From: Macrostomum lignano
Lineage: Eukaryota
Reading direction: 5' to 3'
Length of the DNA stretch: 64,000 nt
NCBI GenBank assembly: GCA_002269645.1
Contig: NIVC01001088.1
Span: 1 to 64,000, forward strand
Shown: positions 1 through 13,719 of the stretch, one piece after another
Layout of the letters: the number at the start of each line of letters is the position of its first letter
Position numbering within the stretch: position 1 is the first letter of the stretch
Program-made: the position numbers and the translations under genes
Notes under the pieces: generated by a model
Told to the model about the DNA's origin: nothing
The model's database searches: none
Seen by the model: the letters and a program-made list of their open reading frames with translations, nothing else

Positions 1-3000
1 TTTTCTAAAAGATTCCAGCGCAGGCGAGAGCCAACGCGTACGTACAGACGCAGATAGGTCCCCTACGAAGCCGGGGTATTCTGGGAGGGCTCTGTGCTCT
101 GCTACATGCACCATACCTCTGTCGGGAACGAGCCAGAAGCCTTCGTTGCTCACCCGTGACGTTCAAATCCTCGCCGATCAATTGTAATGTCTAAAGTGTC
201 GCCGAGTTTGGATAAACACGTTATGTGGATAACCATCCGCTATGTTCATACTATCGAGCTTGACAGTGATTTCTTCTTTTGTCGTGTGCGAAATTGCGGC
301 AACGCTGCTTCGGCTGTCTTCCACTCTTTCGTAGACAATTTTCAAGTTTCCATCCTGCAAGATTTAATTAGTAATTCTATTAATCTGTTTCCTGATACAG
401 TTGCACCTGATCACTTATCAGACCTTATCCTTCATAACACTGGTTTCAGCAAAATTGATGTACACCTGAAGCAATTACCTTAAGGAACACTGTTATCGTA
501 GTGTTCGGCTCTCTAAACGAGTGCCATAGCAGAGCGTTCCTCTCTCGAGTGGCAAATGTCAGATTGAGTGACTGATCGTAGTTGTCAGGCACACCGGAGA
601 ATCGGTAGATGATCTGACCGGATCTGTTGTGATTGAATAATAAGAATCGAATGTACTACTAAATCTGGTGCCTTTTCAACGGTACAAGCCACTGAAGCTA
701 AAATGCAGTCGTATTGACTTGACGATATCAATAGGTTCTTAGCTCAATTGCGAGCTTTTCAAAAATTCGAAACTACTGACTGAGGTAAACTAACTGACCT
801 GCCAATCCTGGCCATTTGAACAGGCGTAGCCGGCTGCTGGTTCTGATAATTGCCAGGCCCATCGATGATATTCACAGCCGGGTAGTCTGTTCGCATCCGT
901 AATGCTGCCCGGTTCAGCACGTACGAGTAGCGAGCGTTCCACCAGGTGATTGTGCCAATATGCATCACCTGTCTTGTGTAGGCAAACCTTGGATTTGAGC
1001 CCACAATCAACTCTTCGCCGGCGTCGCGAGCATCGTGCAAACCAGCTTGGTAGGCCGAAGTCACTAGGGCGTCGTTGATGTACACCAGGAGGCCTTCGTG
1101 CAGCTGCCAGCTGATCGACATCACAAACCAGGTGCCATCGGGGATGCGACTAGCTGGCAGTGCGGCTTTCCAGATGTGCCGACTAAGCCGGAATTGGACG
1201 ATTAATCGGGTCGCATCAGCGCTCACCTCGAGAGTGTCACTAGAAATGATTGGCACATTCGACACCGGGCCTTCGAACTTCAGCGGTAGAACCATTGCAA
1301 AGCCTTCGGGGCAATAGTTGAGCGGATCGCCTAGGCACACAATGTTCTCATTGAACACGATGGAGTCCCGGTCTAGGCTCATGCGAAGTCCGGTGCCCAT
1401 GCCTGGTGGCGCGGTCTCCACTCGAGGGTAGCCTCTGACAACGGCCTGAACACTCGGGCTAGCTGTTCCGCCGACGAAACGATGCCGAGCAATGCCGTCC
1501 CAGATGTAGGCGTTTGGTTCAACGACAAGCGTGAGCTTCCGACGAGCGATCAGTTCGTCTCGACTTGCCTCCCAGAGCTGCAGCTCGTCGATGTCGCAGT
1601 TGGGCGACGAGCGGCCTCGACGTTTACAGCGGAGCCAAGGTAAATCGCAGTATCGGCAGACAGACCCGCTTTAGTTGAAAAGTCTGCCGTTGGCACCGCC
1701 ATCGAGTCGACTAGGGAGCCGTTGATGTAAACCTGATATGTGTATTTGTGGATCAAATAATTATTTGTTAACGAAATGGGTCTGTGTAACTCTCTATTTG
1801 AAATTGACATTGTTAGTTACGTCATGATAGCGTCAATAATCTACCTAGCAGTCTATAATTCATCTGCATGAGGTAGACAAACTTATAAACGTCTTAAGCA
1901 ACTATCCAATCTAATGAAGCTCGTGCGACCTACCTGCAATCCTTGCCGCCTCTCCCAGCTAAACTCAATCAGTTGCCAAGCGTTAAACGTCAGACGTTGA
2001 CCTCGGGAGACCCACACAGATTCGTCAGTTCTAGCTCGAACAATGAGCCTGGCTGACTGGATGACCACCTCGTAGCCCCTGGCGGAGAGCAGGATGCTCT
2101 CCCCGCCCGAGACAGATCCACCCAGAGGTCGCAGCCAGAGTCGGACGGTAAGACCCTGGTGACACCACTGCAGATCGGTAAGGCATGAGTGCCCAGCTTG
2201 GATCTTCACGAAATTATTGGTGCTGCCAGGTAGTCGCAGAGCTCGGCCGAACACGCCTGGCACGCGCTGGACACCATCCTCAACGCGGATGCCGGCTGGG
2301 AAGCTGAAGTGTAGCATGTAGCCGCTCTCGACGTCGTTCTCGAACGATACGCTCACCATGTGTACTGCAACAACGAATTTGGTTAAAGTGCTTCAACACT
2401 GCTTTAGGCTTATTCGGAAGAATCCAGAATTCCAGGTTTATTCAGAGTCGCTTCACAAGTCCGTCTTAACTCGCTACATACTACTTTGAGTTGGATAGTT
2501 TTCGAATTTTATTGCGTGTTACGCTAGGGATGCTGCGATGGACGGTTTGTTATTCAGCTTCTGTTCCAACATCAGAAGCTGCCTTAGAAAGTATAACTCA
2601 CAGCAATTCGACTACAAATGTAAGAAACAAAATTATTTTATCCGTAAGCGGGCAGATATAAGACTAGAAAATAAGTGTTCCACTGCACTAACTTGAAACC
2701 ATGTTTAACTGCCTACGTACGCATATAGACATTGGAACTAATGACTAAATGGAAATATCGCATAAAATCTATTCGTTTTTGTCAAGCAAGGTAAGAATTC
2801 TTTTATTTCAAAAAAACTAACGATTCTCTTTGAGGATAATTGGGGCTAAAGATGATCGGAAAAATATTTTTTGAAACCGCAACTGCGATCAAAATGGGTG
2901 TTAACAGACAGACTTGAAGAAACGTGTACTGTAGCCATATAAATTTGTTTTACTAAATAAATAGATTTTAACTAATAAGAATTCTAACTTAGGAAAGCTG

Positions 3001-6000
3001 TATAAATTAAAAGACAACTCGAGTAGAGCGCTACGCTTGATTTCCTTAGAAACGAGTGGAGCCCTGTGAAGGAACGTACTCGTACATTTGTCTTATCGCG
3101 AAATTATGTTTTTCTCGACATAATTGATTTGTATCTTGATTTGTATTTGATTAATCGATTTGTCTGTGGCCAAACCCCATTTAGCGTTCTTTAACGACAA
3201 ATATATAAATCCTTCAGGCTTTCTAGGGCAGAAAGGAGGAGAATCCGAGGGCCGCGAAGCGGCACGAGGATTTCCGACTTTTTGCCCTAGATAACCTGCT
3301 GGATTTGTATTCCTTCTTGATTTTGCGGGCGGGCCGAGAAACGACATTCTTCGGCCCGCGAGTCAAACTGCATTTGCTTCAGTCTAAGTTCAGTGCAAGT
3401 CCTGATTCTCGGCCCGCAAGAAAATGGAATTTGTCTATGGCACAAAATGCAAACTGTATTTCATTTTAGCTCTGAGCCTAAAAGAGCGACTGACAAAGTA
3501 ATACGCTCGTAATTAGTCTAACTTTTTATTAAAAATGAATTTCATTAACTCCTGACCCGAGCGTTCTGAGAACATGATAGACTACTCCTGTAAGAAGGAG
3601 GCGAGATTTCTGGGTTGCAGCGCGAAGAAATCGACTTTGTATGCCAACTCCGTGGCCGTGGGCGAATGTTCAATCAGTACACTGGCTTGCCTGTGCCTGG
3701 AATTGGAGTCAGCAAGGCGCTCGACAACGGCCTGTTGGATGATCTAGTAAACGATCTTTCTGCTGAAGCGAGCAGCGACAATCAACTCCGGGAGCTAACA
3801 AGTGATGAAGTGAGCGCCATTTTGGATGTGGAGAATGCCTCACGCGTCGTCTCTACCGAAACAAAAACAAGACAGTGTGTGGAGAAATTCTGATACTGAC
3901 TGCGAACAAAGGGACTTTAATGGAGTTCTGCCGACTGCAGTGCTAGAGAAAAATGGATCCAGTGTTCTATTTTTCCTATAAGTGAGTACCTCTGAACGCC
4001 ATGTACTGTAACGACGGCGTGGGTTGCACCACAAGACTATATTAAATCGTTACTGTTGTCCTCTTTGTAATGTTGCACTTTTAACGTTTTAAATACAATC
4101 GTTTCGGCTTCGTCTATGGCCCAGCCCGATATCGGGCAGAGAATGGGCCATTTCTTAAGCAGTCTTGCCCGCAAAATCAAGCAGGAATATACGTTCCTCC
4201 AGATCGTTTCTAAGAAAACGGAGTGTAAAATCATTCTACTGCCGCTGTCAATGCAGGATAAAAACCAAAGTTATTTTCCACTCATAAGGGTCAAATAAAA
4301 CTATAATTCGACATAACTAACTATAGCATGCAGGTGAGACAGTCAACTAGAAACAAAAGTAAATATAATTATAGCTAATGGATAATAGCAATAGTTGCTT
4401 AGCTAAAACAATGTCTACTATATTACATGTAAGTAAGAAGGAAAAGCGTCGTGTGAACTGAAAATGCATTTAGACGTCAGACACTATAACTATAGCTAAT
4501 GAAAATAAAGGTTGGCATGAGCTGTAAGCTCACTAAATGGCGCAGAACAATACAAAGAGATTAATAATGATTGAGTACCAAGCTGCGGTTGGTCATGTTG
4601 CATGCCCAATTCAATTTCTGATGCCTCCGGCCCTGGTCCGTTGGCTACAAAAATTCATTTCGAGGTCGATAATTTTCATCATTGTTTTTTCTTTCTAAAC
4701 TTTTACTTTGGTACAATGCGATTTCGACTCCTTTAATACGATTATTAAACATTGAATAAGCAGTTTACTGATTTATTGCAACGTAATGGGTAAATAATTG
4801 CAACGAGTACCGGATGCTTTGGGTCAAGCTTTTAGAACTTAACAAGGATGCTGGCTTCAAAGGCGCTTGACCTGTCTGTCTAATATGGTCTGTCTGTCCA
4901 AGGGTGTGTCTATCTATGGGTCTGTCTGCCCAGGGGTCTGTCTGTCTAGGGGTCTGTCTATGGGTCTGTCTATGGTCTGTCAGTCTATGGTCTGTCTGTC
5001 TATGGTCTGTCTATGGGTCTGTCTATGGTCTGTCAGTCTATGGTCTGTCTGTCTATGGTCTGTCTGTCTATGGTCTGTCTGTCTAGGGGTCTGTCTATGG
5101 GTCTGTCTATGGTCTGTCAGTCTATGGTCTGTCTGTCTATGGTCTGTCTGTCCATGGTCTGTCTGTCCATGGTCTGTCTGTCGATGGTCTGTCTGTCGAT
5201 GGTCTGTCTGTTTAGGGTCTGTCTGTCCATGGTCTGTCTGTCTATGGTCTGTCTGTCCATGGTCTGTCTGTCGATGGTCTGTCTGTTTAGGGTCTGTCTG
5301 TCTAAGGGTCTGTCTGTCTAAGGGTCTGTCTGTCTAAGGGTCTGTCTGTCTAAGGGTCTGAAGAATATGACTTTCTAAAGAGATCTGTCTCAGAAAAATC
5401 TAAGTATTAGCTAGACTGGCTTGGTTAATGGTTTCCTCACATCCAGTGTCCCTGCTTGAAGCGAGGATATAGTTGCGCGTAACTCATGATTCGGTGTCAC
5501 GCATAGCACATATAATGCGGGTTTTTCGCTTGCACATCAGCTGGGAGGTCAGCGGTTATAATGATAAAAATTTAATGACATCGGTGCATCGTTTGACTCT
5601 GATTAATAACATTGCAGCGCAAAGCATTATCAGCACTCGAATACTTAGTATCGTTAGAAGTACATAAATGTAAGTTAGCCAGTCGCACCCTTTGACCTTT
5701 GTTAACCAATCTCAAGCAAGAAATAATTAGATTGTTATAAAGATGTATTGGGCAAAAATTACTTCGCCTATGAATGTTAGAAGTTGCAGAAGTGTCAGGG
5801 AAACCTTTTTAATAACGTCAATAAGTTTATACAAAAGTGCAAAATTCGCAACATATACTACTTACCAGCGCCGCCAAGACTGCTGGAATTTTTCGCCTCC
5901 ATTATAGTCTTTCCATCGGCTGAAAGCGCTAGCAGAGATAACACCTGAGGTGGCGGGTTGGTCAAAGATTTATAGGACTCAGTGTACCTTCTATTTCTGA

Positions 6001-9000
6001 GTAAATCTTTACATCTTTACTTACAGTACATCTTTAGCATAGTCTAAAATATGAAACAGGATTTATCTCCCACCGTCAATTTCTTATCCTCAATGATGGG
6101 CTTGGCTGGCGAGACCGGATCCCAGCCGAGGTACCAATCCTTGGGCTGGGACTCCCATGGCAACGCCGCGCTCATCTCGGTGCCCGTCGACTGTCCGACA
6201 CGGTGGCCGTTCAGCTCGAGTCTCAAGCCGCCAGCCATGGCCGGATGCCAGGCGATCTCGGCCAGGCTCCATTCATTCTCGGCCACAACTCCTCCAGCGA
6301 CTGTCCATCGATACCAACGACCCTCGGCGTCCTTAGAAACCAGGCTAGCAATGAGACGATTGCTGGAATCCACGCCAACGCTTAGGCCGAGGGTGCCAGC
6401 GTACAGCAGCGCGAAGTCCTGATGCCCCAGGCCGGTCTTGAACACCAGTCGGATGTAGAAGCCGCAGCTCGCGCAGGCTCCGTTGGCTAAGCAGCGACTC
6501 TGGCCAGCGGCTGACGGCCTCAGCGTCAGGTAGTTGGCGCCCTCCGTCAGGCTGACGCCGGCGATGCCAGAAAAAGTGACTCCGTCGCCGAATACGTCAA
6601 ATGAAGCGTTTGATGGAGATGGCGAGGCGAATCGAAGGCTGTAGCGCTCCTGAGGACAGCCGGCTAAAATGGTTTATTTAAGGTGCGAAGTGTCTTGCTT
6701 ATATAGTAGTATAACAAAATTAATAATAATATTAATAATAATAATAGGTGATTACACCTGCCCCCATTGGGCCAGATGTGCAGCCGACAGCTCAGCCGCA
6801 GCTATTGCGCGGCGCATCTGAAGGCTGCGTACGGCTGTTCAGTCCAAGGACTGGGGCGTCGCCACACACAGCCTCGATTACCCCAGCTAATGCTGGCACC
6901 CATTTTACAGCTGGGTGAACTGAAGCAATGCTCAAGGAAAATGACTTGCTCAAGGACACAAATGGTTTCGATTGGGTCCAGAATCGAACCCCCGACATTT
7001 CAGTCGTGAGTCCTACGCTCTAACTAGTAATAAGCTACAACCATCTTGCTTGTACAAAACACGTACATTCTAAACTCCCTTAAATTTGCAAAGTTAAGCA
7101 TTTGGTGATTCAAAGGTTTTGGTGATTCAGTAATGTGTTTTAGGAGAACCAATGTATCATTAACTAAGGCGTTTCATAAACTCGAAACTTCACTGCTCGA
7201 AAAGTCTTGCTAATCATTTCCGTCAGTTCACAATTTAAACCAATTCAACTAATAAGTTTCTAGCCTGTGAAAGTGACCAAGAATTTTGGCCAAGATTACA
7301 ACCGATGTGAAGGTTTTGAGGTTAATAGGAGTACGTGTCTGACTCAATAATTTCACAATACATTCCGATGCTGGACATTCCTGGAAATATACCGGTTGCT
7401 CTTGGAAGATCAACTCCCCCCTCAACGAGTGAAAGACTTACAAATTTGATCCATAATCAGTGGTTTGGCGGCAGCAGCGAACAAAACGACACAAGCCAAA
7501 ATTTGGCCGCAAGGCATGATGAAATTATAGTTATAAGACGTGTTGTTTTGTAATAATCTTTAAGCTGTTATTAATTTTGCCGAGATGCCGCGTATAAATA
7601 ATTTATACCAGAAGAGTTTTCTGTTCAACCAGACGCTTATGAAGACTTAGTTCCCGCAGTTGTTATAATAGTTGGAACTTGCAGCTCACATTTTCACACA
7701 GACGAATTCTGTGCAAAACTGCGATGCACTGCCTAAATGCAGCACAGAGATTTTTCTTTCTTCGTTCAAACTGCTTCTGTAGCACTCCTCGAGCGTGTAG
7801 TTTTGTTATAGCCAGCTGTTAGTTGTTGCATATACAGAGGCAATATTAAATTCTATAAGTCACAAAATATCCAGTTCTATTGGCAATGAAATTTTCACTA
7901 GATTCAGAGGCTATTAGAGTTCCAGATCCTAAGAGATCCTGCGGCTATTAGAGTTCCAGGTCCCATGAGATTCTGTGGCTATTAGAGTTCCAGGTCCCAT
8001 GAGATCCAGTGGCTATTAGAGTTCCAGATCCCATGAGATTCTGTGGCTATTAGAGTTCCAGGTCCCATGAGATTCTGTGGCTATTAGAGTTCCAGGTCCC
8101 ATGAGATCCAGTGGCTATTAGAGTTCCAGATCCCATGAGATTCTGTGGCTATTAGAGTTCCAGATCCCATGAGATTCTGTGGCTATTAGAGTTCCAGATC
8201 CCATGAAATTCTGTGGCTATTAGAGTTCCAGATCCCATGAAATTCTGATGAAATCCCATGAAATAATCAGTGCCAGTGCTATTGATTGGCATTCCATATC
8301 AGACGGAAAGGATGTGCAAGATTATGCTTGAAGAAATTTTTTTGAAAAAGAATGTTGGACAAAATGGACGACCATTCGTCATGAAGCCAGTTTGCCAAAC
8401 GGATACAATGAGTCATCACTGGAGGGGGATCTAAGGTACGCATAAAGATATTCGCTTGTCAGTTGCAGGGGGATCCCTATTCACCACTTTCCACCCAGCG
8501 CTCGCGTCCACTCCGCTCCAACACTAATCCCCACTCATGCAACCCAGCTGAGGTCATAAACGTTCACAACCTCGCACTGATAAGGGCCCAACCAATTCCT
8601 AAATAGCAGCAACTGTTATCAGCAACGGGGAGGGGAGAGAAATTCCCACTAAACTAATCTTCTTGGCCCTATGCCCTGATGAAAGCTGGATAGAATAATC
8701 TTGAACTTTCCTTCAGTGACGACTGGACGTTGTCAAAACTTGTAGAGTCGTAGATTCCAGAGTTGTTGCCAGTTATCATAAACTAGGTGGCTATTATCTC
8801 AATTTTACTTTTATTAGAGCTTAGACAGAAGTGCTTTAATGATGCAGCTATCTGATAGTATTAACTATACTATACATATAAGCAAAACTCACCTGTTGCT
8901 TTTGGACAGGAGCAGACATTGTCGCCGTCAGTGGCTCGGCACTCGCAGCCGACAGGGCAGTTATTGGACTTGCCAACGCAGTTGTCAAAATAGGGCCAAT

Positions 9001-9543
9001 TGGCTCCTCCGACCAGCCGTTCGGGTGTGGCGTTGCAGCTAGAAGTTACGAAGGTGTTTCTAACCACAGTGCTAGTGTCATTTTTGCCTAGCAGCCAGGT
9101 GACTCTCAGTGGGCCGATTAGGAGAGGAGGAGTCGTTGTTGGAGCCCGAGCGCTCGGCACTCCATCCACCAGCAGCAGCCAGACGGTGTCGCTGCCATCC
9201 GAGTTGGTGGATAGCCGCACAGTCAGATTGACCCAGCGATGGCGCGGCAGTCTTCCAGTTGATGCGGCTATTTCAGCCTCCTCGTTCAGCGATGCCGACG
9301 ACTTTAGGCCGAGTTTCGCGTCGCCGCTGGTTGTCAGGAGCAACTGGGCGGACTCTTCGTCAGACAGACCTAGCATGCTGCGCCTTGAGCCGGCCGCTGA
9401 GTCACCTTTAAACAGAACCTCCAGATCGAGCTGCCAGGGACTGCTGCAGCTAGTTGACAAGGCGTCCGTTGGAACAAGCAGACTCTGCAACATCAGCGTC
9501 AGCACCATCAGAGACAATGCTAACGGCGTTGCTGTTCTAGGAC
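1..9543 (-). CDS. Secreted multi-domain laminin-G/concanavalin-like (LamG) protein with one EGF-like domain; multi-exon, continues past the window start
   Basis: Phase-consistent GT-AG exons on the minus strand: 9543-8893, 6663-6074, 5944-5866, 2364-1934, 1732-795, 655-479, 354-<1. Signal-peptide-like LALSLMVLTLMLQSLLVPTDA; EGF-like CVGKSNNCPVGCECRATDGDNVCSC; LamG motifs VYINGSL..IYLG..CDIDELQLW, LTFATRERNALLW, LKDGNLKI..IADGYPHNV. Apparent frameshifts at about 1602 and about 160-212. Start codon not fixed. Confidence 0.8.
4872..5360. repeat. (TCTG)n-derived microsatellite with ATGG/AGGG interruptions
   Basis: Repeated ggtctgtctgtcta units visible directly; lies in the LamG gene intron. Confidence 0.95.
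6721..7042 (-). mobile_element. tRNA-derived SINE with CORE-like central domain and (ATT)n tail
   Basis: Minus strand starts GGTTGTAGCT..TAGTTAGAGCGTAGGACTC (A-box-like) and GGGGTTCGATTC (B box). The central segment cagttcacccagctgtaaaatgggtg resembles the MIR CORE. Ends in attattatt repeats at 6721-6745. Confidence 0.75.
7910..8248. repeat. 34-bp minisatellite, about 10 copies (ggctattagagttccagrtcccatgagattctgt)
   Basis: Period of 34 measured between 7977 and 8011. Confidence 0.95.
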
Positions 9544-12288
9544 CTAAAAATCGCATGACAACGAGACCTCGTTCGAATCTCATAGACTTGAGTACCACTC
9601 TGAGTCTTAAGCTTTGAGTGCGATGTACCAAAGAAATCGTATTTCTTTTTCAAATTCCAAATATTCCTTGCGAACAGTACGAACACGGAAGCAAAAATTC
9701 TATGGGACGTGACTTTTAAATCGTTTACCCCAGTCTCCCTTCGCAGCGATTCATCTCTAGACCTCTTCCGTCTCTTTCCTTTCCCCCTCCTTCTGCGACG
9801 TCCTTCGCCGCATCCCATAAGCTGCTGCAAGTTTAACTCCCCCGCTACCCAGACCCAAGCGTACATTCTAGCGAGCAAATTACATACATTTTCCTCGATT
9901 GTGCAGGCGCAATGGATCACCATGGCGGTAACCTTGGCCCTTCAGCCCACGTAGATGCAGCATAGAAGGCATTCGCTGGCCATTCTAGGAAATATATTCT
10001 AACCCCCATGACTTTGCGCACATTTTTGACGAAACACAGATGGAGAGAGAGAGGGGGGGAGCTGCATCAGGAATGGAGAAGCGAAAAATCGATTGTTAGT
10101 ACGTTCCCTATTCGGGTCAACCCCGTGCGCAGAAACTACCGAGTGTTCCTTCTGATGAAGGAAGGAATCTCCACTCTTCTATTCGTTGGTAAACGCTTCA
10201 GGCCGTATTTGCAATACGCTTTTCAAAGCTATATATGGGTTAGCTCGTATCTTCCCATCGCTAAACAACTGACTGTGTGCCAGCACTGCACCAACGCCGC
10301 GATATTGGGTTATAGTTGCCCACTGACAAAGCTTCAAGGAAAAAGCGCGCAGTGTGCAGCCATCTTGCCATTTGCAGTAGTCGCCCCCCCCCCATTCACT
10401 TCACGGTGTGCTGTCGATGGAAAAGGCCCAAAGCCGCACGAAATGCTTTGGAGTGGTTGGAGGACGGGCTTATGCACAACAGCTGCTCCTACAATATTAG
10501 CTGCAGCATGCACACACGCATGTAGATAGATGTGCATGAACCGAAAATGGCGATGCAACAGTTTATGTTAGTATCGGTATCAGTTGCGGATGTGACTTGG
10601 AAGAAGGCTACGATCAGGCCTCGCGTGCATATCATAGGTACATGTTGCATCGATTTTTCATTTCTTTACACTCGTATTTTTTTTGCCGGCCGCGGCAAGA
10701 ATCCATGATGTACGCGCTCGTAAAAAAATTAATAACAATAAAGTACATACAACTGCGGCGAAACAACTGCGGAGCATCACTATTTAGGAACTTCACTTTA
10801 ATCTACATGCAAATGCACTGTATACCATAAAACCCTTGGCCTGCTGAAGCAATTCTACATGTACATGCACGGTTATTTATGCGTTCGATTATCTACATAT
10901 TCCAATATATGACTGCATTTTGCCCTTGAAGCAAAAAAAGTACACACAGCTTAAACTTGACTAACCGTCAAAAAATACATGTATCTTTAGAAATTGCTCT
11001 GCCAAATACCCCATTAATGATCGATTGTTGCTTAATTTGTTACGCTGGGACAGCTTGTGTACACATGTACATGCAGTACGCGCAATTTGCATACACACCC
11101 TGATACTACATGTAGGGACAGCTGAAACAGGTTTAAATTGTGTCGTGTATAATATCTCTCTTACTTAGTCCATGTATTCGGTACGTTTTCTTCCTTTCCT
11201 AGGAAGGATATGTATAGGGGATATATCGAATTCCACCATCATTCATATTAAAAAAAATTGGGTTATAGGGGTCAGGAACCTTTGCTATCTGGACCAGTTA
11301 TTATGGCTACGCGTAGGAAGATCAAGAGCATCAAAAAGGAATGACTAATTGAGAAGAGAAATATTATTCTGCTGCATACTTAACATTTTTGGCCGTAAAA
11401 AGCAAATTCCAATGGGGTAAATATTTGTTTAGTAATCCAAGTAAGTATGCCAGAGTTAAAATGATATTCCATTGTACTATATGGTTAGTCACCCAAAAGC
11501 TAGTAAATGACGCGAGAGTCAAAATTGCAGGCCGCTTTGAGCGTGCGTGCGCACGCATGCAAGAAAATAAAGCGGGCTGCGATAGCATCGATGACATCAT
11601 GACTAACAATAGTATTTGACTATTTTCTATAACAAAGTTTACTAAAATACAGTTAAATTTGTCCAAAGTAACTTCAAATCTATTATATCTGTCGATTATT
11701 TATAAGTCTAGTACAAAATTGTTTTAACGTTACTAGCAGCTTCATAGAAAATAGACACATTTAATTTTAAGACGGAGATTGTGTTTTATAACAACAATTT
11801 TATCCTAAAACAAATTTGGCTGTTTTGCCATTGGTTGTTTTGCCACAAACTATTTTAACTATATACATTTTTCTGTAAACCAGACCATTTGGCCCACAAA
11901 CTAGTTTAGGCCTAGCTATACTCCTATAGACCTAGGGCTAGGTCTTGCCATAGCATAGGCTGTTTTGGCCATTATAAAACTCATTGACATTAGGCCTATA
12001 TAATATACAAGAAAAAATATTATAATTATATATGTATAATTATTAAGCTTATCTTAGGCCTATATTATAGTCCTAAGTATGTAGGGCCTACCATGCATGC
12101 AATATTTTTTTGCTCTGCATGCATATAGGAAAGTTAGACCAAATCTATCAAGTATGCACCAATGGACAAAGGGAAGGTTGCAAGTTTAAGCATTATGAGT
12201 TTGTGACAATATAATAAAGGATTTTTTTTGCATTTTGACTTTTTATATGAGTTATATGATTGAAATGCTTCCCGTTTTGCTACCCTAA

Positions 12289-12756
12289 ATCCATAGTCAG
12301 GAAAGGGGCACAGTGTGCACTAGAACAATTTTTTTGGGATGATCTGTGCACCATCTATGTGCCATTTGTGCGCCATCTGTGTGCCATATCTATGCCCTTA
12401 TTTTATATAATTTATGTAATTTACATAAATTATATAGGCCCTATTTTACAACAAATTAACAAAATTCTTAGAACTCATATAGACTCAATATGCTATACTA
12501 GTTTTATGCTAATAAAGATTCTATTCTGATTCCTTATGCACCAAAGTTGTACATAGCATTGCATATGTCAGGGACCTTATGCACTGCAATTATGTGCCGC
12601 ATGCGCTAGGGACCTCAGTGTGCCGTGTGTGCTATGATTGTACGCCACATGCGCCAGGGACCTCAGTGTACACCATGATTGTGCGCCAAATACACCAAGG
12701 ACCCCTTGTGTGTGCTGGAATTTTCCATGGCAAAGGCCACCTTCCTGACTATGGCC
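12289..12756. mobile_element. Non-autonomous DNA transposon (MITE, possibly PIF/Harbinger-like)
   Basis: Perfect 13-bp inverted repeat ccatagtcaggaa (12291-12303) / ttcctgactatgg (12742-12754). Right end is ...ggcc followed by ttaa. Internal gtgcgcca/gtgtgcca subrepeats. Confidence 0.5.
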
Positions 12757-13719
12757 TTAAATAAATATATTTCTTTGCTTTTCAGTTAGGCTATTAAATT
12801 AACAATGTAAATTAAAATCAAATTTAAAAATCAATCAAAAATGATAGGCCTAAGTATCATGTCATGTTTTAAAAGTACTAAAAATTTTATATGTCGTAGC
12901 TACTAAATAGCTTTGACTATAGGGCTATATTTGGCATGTATTTGCAATTTTTTATATATAGTACTAATATACAAAACATACCAAAAAACTTTGCTAACTC
13001 CTTAATGCATGCAATGCAGGCAGTACTAGATTGCCTAAAGTGGGACCTTATTGCATACAAGAATTTCCCCAAAAATAGCATATTTGGGAGTATAGGACCT
13101 ATATTCTATACTCTAGATCATGTTGAGTATAGGCCCCTACATTGGAATATACAACTAAAAAAACTGCACTATATACTAACTATATACTATGCTAAATAAC
13201 TATATACCAAATAAATACCTTGATTTTTATGCCTTGAAGTTATTTTACAAAAAATGAAACAAAGAATAATATTCTATCTTATTAAAAATTTTGAAACTAC
13301 AAAAACAAAGCTTTTGTAAAGATTAAGCCTAAGCCTAACAATTAATTCAAAATTAATTAGAATCAAATATATTGCCAGAATGTTAATTATAATATATTAT
13401 TTTTTTATTTAGCTCTATGTAGTCTATTATGTATTTGTATATTCTAATTTGTAGAATTTATTTATGATAAAAAAATAAGGAGTCAATATAATTTAAAAAA
13501 AAATAGATTAGGCCTAACAATATAAATTCATATGATATATTATAAACTATGTGTACCAAAATAAGTTTTCTATTTTTTCCTTACATGCTGTGTGCCAAGG
13601 CCAAAGCAGTTTTATTCTTTGACTTATGCCATATGCCAGCATTTAGAGATTTCATATCCAAAAACAATAACAACACAACAAAATATGTTGTTAGCCAGTC
13701 AGCAGAAAACATCACAAAG

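Noticed and set aside
3615-3960. 92-aa ORF ending TETKTRQCVEKF, faintly like the N-terminus of Crypton/DUF3504 recombinase proteins
   Set aside because: The similarity is too short and no catalytic motifs could be traced; it needs an HMM search.
7910-8248. Regularly spaced 25-41-bp repeats as possible CRISPR arrays (also 36295-37118, 39405-39795)
   Set aside because: Head-to-tail tandem repeats with no unique spacers and no cas genes, in a eukaryotic context.
10008-10529. 173-aa ORF upstream of GTF2H4 as a candidate first exon or separate gene
   Set aside because: No recognisable domain. The true p52 N-terminal homology was found at 15928-16022.
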